DNA of 64,000 nucleotides from Escherichia coli (GTDB lineage Bacteria; Pseudomonadota; Gammaproteobacteria; Enterobacterales; Enterobacteriaceae): NCBI RefSeq assembly GCF_016903815.1, contig NZ_CP069973.1; one strand, 5' to 3'. Shown piece by piece: positions 57,533 to 64,000 of this stretch (position 1 is its first letter; each line of letters starts with the position of its first letter). The notes under the pieces were generated by a model. It saw only the letters and a program-made list of their open reading frames with translations, ran no database searches and was not told where the DNA came from. The position numbers and the translations under genes were made by a program.

Positions 57533-58804
57533 TTACGGATTACCGAAGAACTGACCGCCCATGTGAGGGTTAAAGCACACATATGCAGGCAGTAAGTCAA
57601 AGCGCATTTTTTGCACGTTGGCATCGCCATCTGCGTATTTATGTACGCGGATGGAGAAACCTTCATATGTTGCAACAGCAGAATCAATACTGTGCAGTTT
57701 CGGCAGTGGGATAGAGCCAAGTCCACAGAAGAACTTGTTATAGAACAGGTTTGGCTTCATTGTCTGGCTAGCAGTGCCTACTACAGATACGGCATCACCT
57801 GCCGCTACCTGACGACTTACAGAGTTGTACTGCGGGTTTGTAGTGTCATAAATCGGAACACCAGAAAGCGTAACCGTCACATCGCCACTGCTGTCTGAAT
57901 TAGCATCAGCAGTAACCGTTGCAGTGAAGCTAATTGGTGTGGCTCCGTTATACAACGCCTGTTTGGTCTGCTGTTGCAGCCAGTAGGTATTGGTGAATTT
58001 AACCTGATCACCAGCTTTCAGAAAACCTGTAACGCTGGCTGTCGCTCCGGTCAATGTTACAGTGAACTGGTATGAGTCTTTAACTGCGTTATAGGTAACA
58101 GTTGGCTGTGTTTTGACTGTCAGTGTTCCGCCAAATGCCCCCTGCGTACGAGAGGCAAGCCCATTAGACATCAGTGCGCGAATGCCGCCAAAATTGGTTG
58201 GAATCTGCGCATTCTCCCATGCAGTACGAACCAATTGATCTGAAGCGTGCAAACCAGTCTGCGCATCAGCAAGTCGCTGTGCAGACCATGGATCCATTAC
58301 AGCATAGTTTTCACCTACATTAACGCCGAGGTCTTTCAGGAAAGATGCCGTCTGCGCAACATCAGACCATTTGGTGATTGGAGTATTGGGGCTACCAAGT
58401 GACAACGCACCGTTATTCATCATGAAGTGAGCAAGCTCTGTTTCAAGGTCGGTAACGATTCGCTGGCGAACCGGCGCGAGAATTTCTTCCAGTTGGTTAA
58501 GCTTGATCGCTTCCTCCAGTTGCTGATATTCAACAGCAACAGTGATGTAGTTACCTACACGCCCCGTAGCTTTACCTGAGATCAGGTTGTTTTTATTTTG
58601 CCCTGAAATATCACCAGTGGGAGTACGGAGGGATGAGAATTGATGCGGACGTTTAAAGCTAACGCTATCGCCAGTGCTGGAGTTGATTTCACCTGCCAGC
58701 AACTGACGGTCTACGGTTTTCGCCAGAACTAAATCTGACATAAAACCAGGAAGGAATTTTTTCAGAACGATTTGACTGACGTTACTGTCGAGATTGTTAG
58801 GCAT
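57533..58804 (-). CDS. Major capsid (coat) protein, P22/Sf6 gp5 family
   Basis: 423-aa ORF downstream of scaffold; size and position match the Sf6/P22 coat protein. Confidence 0.8.
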   Translation of the reverse strand: MPNNLDSNVSQIVLKKFLPGFMSDLVLAKTVDRQLLAGEINSSTGDSVSFKRPHQFSSLRTPTGDISGQNKNNLISGKATGRVGNYITVAVEYQQLEEAIKLNQLEEILAPVRQRIVTDLETELAHFMMNNGALSLGSPNTPITKWSDVAQTASFLKDLGVNVGENYAVMDPWSAQRLADAQTGLHASDQLVRTAWENAQIPTNFGGIRALMSNGLASRTQGAFGGTLTVKTQPTVTYNAVKDSYQFTVTLTGATASVTGFLKAGDQVKFTNTYWLQQQTKQALYNGATPISFTATVTADANSDSSGDVTVTLSGVPIYDTTNPQYNSVSRQVAAGDAVSVVGTASQTMKPNLFYNKFFCGLGSIPLPKLHSIDSAVATYEGFSIRVHKYADGDANVQKMRFDLLPAYVCFNPHMGGQFFGNP

Positions 58805-58815
58805 TTATCTTTTCC

Positions 58816-59700
58816 TTATTCGATTTTTGCGCCGGGGCATAATTTGTTGAATTCGTCTTGTTTCGCATCAGCACCGCCACCACGTACTTCCGGCTCTGGC
58901 TTGATGGCTTTCTTTGGTTTTGGAGCAAGGCTTACCTGTTTGCTAATCTGCCCCAAGAGGAATGCTGCGCGAATTGGATCTGTCTCAGCGGCTACACGCT
59001 GGCGTAATTGCTGGCTCTTACCTAAGCCATAGGCGAGTAGTTCAGAGCCTTCGTCTGCACAGTGAATGATGATTTCCTGCTGAATTGGTGGTAGCTCACT
59101 AAGAACAATGGCCTCCATTTCCTGATAATCTTTCACAGGAAGTTTGGCTGCCCGTTGTTTATGCGCTTCTACCCTTTGCTGGAAACGCTGTTGGTATTCC
59201 TGTTGCTGACGTAGTTTTTGTTGCTGCTGCTGTTCGACACGGCCTTTTTTCTCATGCCAATCAGTCAATGCCTGTTCAAACGCCTGTTCGTCATAATCAC
59301 ACGACTCAAGAGTCGGTTTTGGTGGAATAGCGTCTGGTTGTGGTTGCTGATGTTCCGCAGGCTTGGCTAATGCTTCCTCAAGCTGGCGGCGCAACTCACG
59401 ATTTTCTTTCTGTGTTTCTTTGAAGCCTTTGCGAAGATCTTTCACCCATTGCGGTGCAGGTTGCCCGTCAATGTGATCATCATCGTCAGCGTTAAGCTGA
59501 ATTTCTTCATCACCAATACGCAAGGCGTAATCTTCTGGTGTCTCTTCGGTTTTTTCAGGATCAGTTGCCACCTCTTTACCGTTGTCATCCTGGCTTTCAT
59601 TCTCAGGCTGTGACTCTGTTTGGATGATGGTTTCTTCTGCATTTTCCTGTGTTTCAGACAGGTCAATAACCTGACCGTCGATGATCAGTTCGTTTTCCAT
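58816..59700 (-). CDS. Scaffolding protein
   Basis: 294-aa highly charged, Glu/Gln-rich predicted coiled-coil ORF between portal and coat. Confidence 0.8.
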   Translation of the reverse strand: MENELIIDGQVIDLSETQENAEETIIQTESQPENESQDDNGKEVATDPEKTEETPEDYALRIGDEEIQLNADDDDHIDGQPAPQWVKDLRKGFKETQKENRELRRQLEEALAKPAEHQQPQPDAIPPKPTLESCDYDEQAFEQALTDWHEKKGRVEQQQQQKLRQQQEYQQRFQQRVEAHKQRAAKLPVKDYQEMEAIVLSELPPIQQEIIIHCADEGSELLAYGLGKSQQLRQRVAAETDPIRAAFLLGQISKQVSLAPKPKKAIKPEPEVRGGGADAKQDEFNKLCPGAKIE

Positions 59701-59713
59701 TGATTACTCCTGG

Positions 59714-61840
59714 TTAACTCGGCATTAAGTCTGCCGGTGACTGTGGTGGTGACTGGAATTGCTGTTGTTGTGACTCGGCGACATCTTTCAGAAGGCGTAT
59801 TGCCTCCATCACTGCTTTGTCATCGATGTTTCTGGCTTGAGCCAGTTTATAGACAGTGTTTGCCTGACTCTCCATCGCATCCTGCTGGGCAGTAAATGCT
59901 TTGATTTGAGTTTGAGCGGTTTCGTTAGTTGCTTTTTGCGCTTCTGCCTGCGCTGCTACCATTTGCGCCTGAGCGAGAACCATTTCAGGATTTGGCTGGC
60001 TTTGTGCTGCCATTTGCGCCTGTTGAACAATCTGCTGCTCTTTCTCATTGCGTGGTTTTGCAATACCAGATATCAGCAGTTGGTTTCGGTTGTACTCTTT
60101 GAAGTCATCAAGGCCTTCGCCATCGATATTGTCCAGAATAATACCCTGAATTGCCGGGCGCATTGGGTCTGTTGGAAGCATAGAGCTAAGGACATTTGTC
60201 AGTACAGAAACCGTTGCATCACGTCGTGCTGTGTAGCTTGGTCCAACATCAACCGTCACATCGTATCGACCGACAGAAAGGTCATTTAACGCAACAACAG
60301 CCCCTGTTTGCCTGTCAACAACCTGTGCGCTCAGGACAGCGATATCATCACTTCCATCTTCGTTAACTATGCGCACTTCACGCTCTGAACCGTACACTTC
60401 ACGCGCCATTGACAGCCATACTTCACCAGCGCGTTTAAGACTTTTCGCCATATTGTCCAGATAGATAAACGAAGCCATATCTGCTCTGTTCATCAAGTTG
60501 TTAACCGTTTCCTGAGCAATATTACTTGGCATCTGCTGCATGGCCTGACTGCCGCCTGTAACCTCCTGAATATCAGCACTGGTTTGCTGTAGTAATGCAG
60601 CCAATGCCTGATTCATAACCGCAGGCTGTGTATATCCTGCCGGGGTAGCTCCAGCGATAATGTTGCCAGATTTATCTCTCACTTCGCGCAACGGCAAGAA
60701 CGCTGGGCGTTTCTTGTTACGAGCCTCCCAGTGCTTCTCAAGTCCACGAATTTGCTCCATGCCAACTATAGGGATCTGACCGGGGTCTTGCGCTGCAGTA
60801 TCAGCCAGCATTGATACCTGAAGGTTATACAAACGCTGTGGATCCATTGCTTTTGCAATATGTCCTTCGACACGCTCAATGTCATCAATGAACCAGCGTT
60901 TTCCATAAACCGGGATGAGGGGGATATGCTCACCAGGAATACGTCGAGGTTTCTCAAGGAAACCATCACCATCCACTACGGATACATACACACGACGGCG
61001 CTTCACTGAGCGCCTTGCCACTTCATGAAATCCAGCTATTGCCAGTTCATCTTCAATATCTTCAACCTGATCACTGTCGTATGTTGCAATCTCTCCAGTG
61101 ATTGGATGTCGATAACTGATGACGTCAACAGACTCTTTACGAACTTCGTAATATTTCGCTATGTAAATAACATCTGCATCAAACCAGTCATATTCCCAAC
61201 TGGTCATAGACGTTACATCCAGAGAAGCAGGAGGTTTCTTTCCGTATTCAGCCTCATATTTTTCAGGTGACAACGAATACATGCAGAACGCCCACAACGC
61301 GTCAGATTTGTCGTACTTCTTAGCGTCAGGGTCAAACCACACAGAGCGCGACGGGTCGTATATTGGTTCAATAGCAATGCGCTGACGATCGTCCATGGGG
61401 TCGTATTCATTGACCAGCATCGACGTCAAACGGAAGCAACCGAAACCACCAGTAGCAGCGTCGTCAAATGCATTATCGCAAGCCTCACCGCCATCAGTTT
61501 CTTCGTAGTCAGCACGGAACAGACCATTTAATTTATTGGCTAACTCTTCGCTTGCCTCTCTGTCACCAGGACGAAACTTAACGGTGATTCTGTTATTGCG
61601 GTATTCTGCAATGATGCGGTTAAGTTCAGTTGCTACCTTATTGATTTCAAACTTAGGATACTTCTCGAACTGCTCATCAAGCTTAGTCCCAGCCGCCGTT
61701 GCTCCTTCCCATTGACCTCCGGGGACACGAGCAAACCTCGTAGCTTCAATGCACTTTTCGCGCACTTCCTGCTGTGGAGAATAGGCGCGGTCAAACCTGA
61801 GCATGATCCGCTCATGTTTTTTCTCTAATGTCTCTGCCAT
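59714..61840 (-). CDS. Portal protein (P22 gp1 family)
   Basis: About 708-aa ORF starting MAETLEKKHERIMLRFDRAYSPQQEV; start chosen at the ATG immediately after the terL stop rather than the track ORF start at 61912. Confidence 0.85.
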   Translation of the reverse strand: MAETLEKKHERIMLRFDRAYSPQQEVREKCIEATRFARVPGGQWEGATAAGTKLDEQFEKYPKFEINKVATELNRIIAEYRNNRITVKFRPGDREASEELANKLNGLFRADYEETDGGEACDNAFDDAATGGFGCFRLTSMLVNEYDPMDDRQRIAIEPIYDPSRSVWFDPDAKKYDKSDALWAFCMYSLSPEKYEAEYGKKPPASLDVTSMTSWEYDWFDADVIYIAKYYEVRKESVDVISYRHPITGEIATYDSDQVEDIEDELAIAGFHEVARRSVKRRRVYVSVVDGDGFLEKPRRIPGEHIPLIPVYGKRWFIDDIERVEGHIAKAMDPQRLYNLQVSMLADTAAQDPGQIPIVGMEQIRGLEKHWEARNKKRPAFLPLREVRDKSGNIIAGATPAGYTQPAVMNQALAALLQQTSADIQEVTGGSQAMQQMPSNIAQETVNNLMNRADMASFIYLDNMAKSLKRAGEVWLSMAREVYGSEREVRIVNEDGSDDIAVLSAQVVDRQTGAVVALNDLSVGRYDVTVDVGPSYTARRDATVSVLTNVLSSMLPTDPMRPAIQGIILDNIDGEGLDDFKEYNRNQLLISGIAKPRNEKEQQIVQQAQMAAQSQPNPEMVLAQAQMVAAQAEAQKATNETAQTQIKAFTAQQDAMESQANTVYKLAQARNIDDKAVMEAIRLLKDVAESQQQQFQSPPQSPADLMPS

Positions 61841-61842
61841 GT

Positions 61843-63255
61843 TTACCAACCGGAGGATGAGGGAACGTATATTTCTGTTTCTTCGCGGACCAATGCCGGG
61901 CAATGCATACACATCATCAGCGCATCAGCCAGGTTAGGAGATGGGATACCGAGCTTCTGCTTCATTTCGACCTTAGTCATAAGCTCCAGCTTCCCGTTGT
62001 TATTGAATTTGCGCTGAATCTGCGTAAGTTCTGCAAACAGCTTCTCCAGCATCTTCTCGCCTATCGCTTCTTTGTCGAAACTCAGCATGTCGTCGGGGTC
62101 TGCATACTCACCATGGACAACCGCCCGATATGTCAGATACAGCCTGTCAGCCAGCGCGTAATAGAATTGCGCTCGCTTATTGCGGAACACATCGCCAATA
62201 GTGCGAACGTTGTCGCCCTGTACGACTTCATCAGCCCATGCTCCGGCCTGATACGGAGCATCTTCATCGAATGGCGATTCGCTGCCCTTGAACATCGTGG
62301 CGGTGATTTTCTTGCCGGAGAACGCTTCCGTTGTCTGTCTGCGTAGCCCAGCACCAACACCATCACCATCCCACAGGTAGTGGTCAGCGCCGTCTTCAAT
62401 CGCCAGCGAAGTAGCCCAGTCAGCACCCTCGTTGATGTCCATCAGCAGACCTTCGGCAATGCGCTTAACTACAGAACCGTGACGCGATGCATAACCTTTA
62501 GCATCTGGCCCTGTATCTGACGGGTCATGCGCAGAGACAACAGCGCCTTTCGCTTTCCATCCGAGTTTCTTGTGCGCATCGGTTGCGGCTTCAAGCCATT
62601 CACGTTTGATGATTGCCATATCACTTGCGCTTACTGGCTCACCCAGCCAGATGTGACGATACAGTGTCGGGTTTCTGCGTTTACACTCTTCCATCTCCAG
62701 ACGGAGAACTTCAGGAAAGTGCGGGTTGTCGGTGTAGTTCACCGTCAGCAGACAAATATCATCAGGAGGATTTACGACGAATCGCTGATAGGTATCGTCG
62801 AGGATGTTCTTCGGGTTAAAGCTCACCCATATTTCAGAGAACGGCTTACGGATGGTTGGAATCAGGATATCCCATGATTCCTTCGTTACCGCTTCCGCTT
62901 CTTCCACCCAGCAGATATCAATGCCTTCGAGCGATTTAATCTTCGTCGGGTTGTTTTTTATGCCGTAGAACATGAATTCAGCATTCGTTCCGAAATGACG
63001 AATCATTGAACGCTGAATTTCAAACTCAGCCGAATACCCTTCACGCTCGATGGTATCTTCAAGCAACCGGATTACCGAATCGCTGATACTGTTTTGCAGT
63101 TCACGAGCGCAGAGAATACGCACAGGCTGCCGACGCGCCGCTTCAACAAGCAGCCTCGCAATTGCCCATGACTTACCGCTACCTCGACCGCCTTTGGCGA
63201 CTTTGTAGCGATGCGCCTCAATGAACGGTTCAAAGATAGGATTAATCGAGGTCAT
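61843..63255 (-). CDS. Terminase large subunit (Sf6-type)
   Basis: 470-aa ORF with Walker A AKGGRGSGKS at the N-terminus and C-terminal nuclease domain; recalled as closely matching Sf6 TerL. Confidence 0.88.
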   Translation of the reverse strand: MTSINPIFEPFIEAHRYKVAKGGRGSGKSWAIARLLVEAARRQPVRILCARELQNSISDSVIRLLEDTIEREGYSAEFEIQRSMIRHFGTNAEFMFYGIKNNPTKIKSLEGIDICWVEEAEAVTKESWDILIPTIRKPFSEIWVSFNPKNILDDTYQRFVVNPPDDICLLTVNYTDNPHFPEVLRLEMEECKRRNPTLYRHIWLGEPVSASDMAIIKREWLEAATDAHKKLGWKAKGAVVSAHDPSDTGPDAKGYASRHGSVVKRIAEGLLMDINEGADWATSLAIEDGADHYLWDGDGVGAGLRRQTTEAFSGKKITATMFKGSESPFDEDAPYQAGAWADEVVQGDNVRTIGDVFRNKRAQFYYALADRLYLTYRAVVHGEYADPDDMLSFDKEAIGEKMLEKLFAELTQIQRKFNNNGKLELMTKVEMKQKLGIPSPNLADALMMCMHCPALVREETEIYVPSSSGW

Positions 63256-63692
63256 TTTCCGAATAGAGTGCTCATCGGTGATGTTTCAATCTGGATTGCG
63301 CCGCCGTCTTTGCCTGTTAGCTCGTGATCAACCTTATCGCGCCATTTATCCTTCTGTCGGTTCTTAAGCCAGAAGATGGCGGCGGTTGTATCAGGCGGGT
63401 AATACTTCTCAAGCGGAGTTTCGACAATTCTGTTTTCAATAACACGAATATCGATGTCTGGAGCCACGAAGCCCATAGCGCGTTGATAAAGACGATCACT
63501 AACTTCTGCATCAGCGACGGCCTTACCCTTTTTTATGGACTCTAAAAACTCCGGATATTCCAATTTCCAATTGTTGATTGTTGCCTCGCTAACTTCAAAG
63601 AAGTCCGCGAGTTCGGCGTCTGTATAGCCCAGCAAGCACAGTTTGCGTGCCTGTTCGGCATACGCCTCTTGATACTTCGTTGGGCGCGCCAT
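63252..63692 (-). CDS. Terminase small subunit
   Basis: 146-aa ORF with N-terminal HTH-like region (LGYTDAELADFFEVSEATINNW), overlapping the terL start by 4 nt. Confidence 0.75.
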   Translation of the reverse strand: MARPTKYQEAYAEQARKLCLLGYTDAELADFFEVSEATINNWKLEYPEFLESIKKGKAVADAEVSDRLYQRAMGFVAPDIDIRVIENRIVETPLEKYYPPDTTAAIFWLKNRQKDKWRDKVDHELTGKDGGAIQIETSPMSTLFGK

Positions 63693-63694
63693 GT

Positions 63695-63937
63695 TTATGC
63701 TCCGGTAGTGAACAGGTCTAACGCTTCCTTCGATTTACGCACCGCTTCGATAGTGCGGGTCGTGATATCTGAATTAGCGCTGCCTGACTGGAAGTGAATT
63801 TTGAATAGCTCAAGCTTCAGCTCGTCAGTGCCAATGAATTGAAATGCTTCTTCTGCGGCTGCGTTCTGGTTCATGACCAGTTTGTAAATCTCTAACTGGA
63901 ATTTCTGTTCTTCAGTCATGGGAATAATCTCTGCCAT
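63695..63937 (-). CDS. Hypothetical phage protein upstream of terminase
   Basis: 80-aa ORF tightly packed 3 nt upstream of terS on the same strand. Confidence 0.45.
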   Translation of the reverse strand: MAEIIPMTEEQKFQLEIYKLVMNQNAAAEEAFQFIGTDELKLELFKIHFQSGSANSDITTRTIEAVRKSKEALDLFTTGA

Positions 63938-64000
63938 TGTTGGCTCCGTTTATCCGTTAAAAGGGATATCAGTTAAGTTATCCCGTGTAGGGTATAAGCC

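Noticed and set aside
59837-60289. 150-aa plus-strand ORF
   Set aside because: Antisense within the portal gene

Overview
The window is Escherichia coli chromosome, recognised from the translated ORFs: a collinear core block (hisPMQJ-argT-ubiX-purF-cvpA-dedD-folC-accD-dedA-truA-usg-pdxB-flk-yfcJ-fabB-mnmC-yfcL-epmC-yfcA-mepA-aroC-prmB-smrB, the yfcOPQRSUV chaperone-usher fimbrial operon, sixA, fadJI, yfcZ, fadL, yfdF, mlaA, yfdC) ending at tRNA-Arg(CCU) argW at 42760..42834. From argW to the window end lies the left ~21 kb of a P22/Sf6-like prophage on the minus strand: P4-type integrase, an AT-rich two-gene cargo, tailspike, ejection proteins, tail needle, gp10, gp4, coat, scaffold, portal, large and small terminase. 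The most interesting part is the cargo slot between integrase and tailspike (44154..45777), which holds a divergent DUF1796-like protein and a GDSL/SGNH hydrolase instead of the gtrABS or oac genes known at this position; I propose it as a candidate lysogenic-conversion module of unknown function. Also notable: an HNH endonuclease gene sits between gp10 and the tail needle and is itself split by a complete IS2 with a 5-bp GTTCC target duplication. The strain is not K-12: the yfc fimbrial usher is one intact 883-aa ORF and yfdF carries an in-frame ~195-bp tandem duplication. All identifications come from reading the ORF translations and recalled motifs; no database search was run, and gene starts that differ from the ORF track were checked codon by codon in the sequence.
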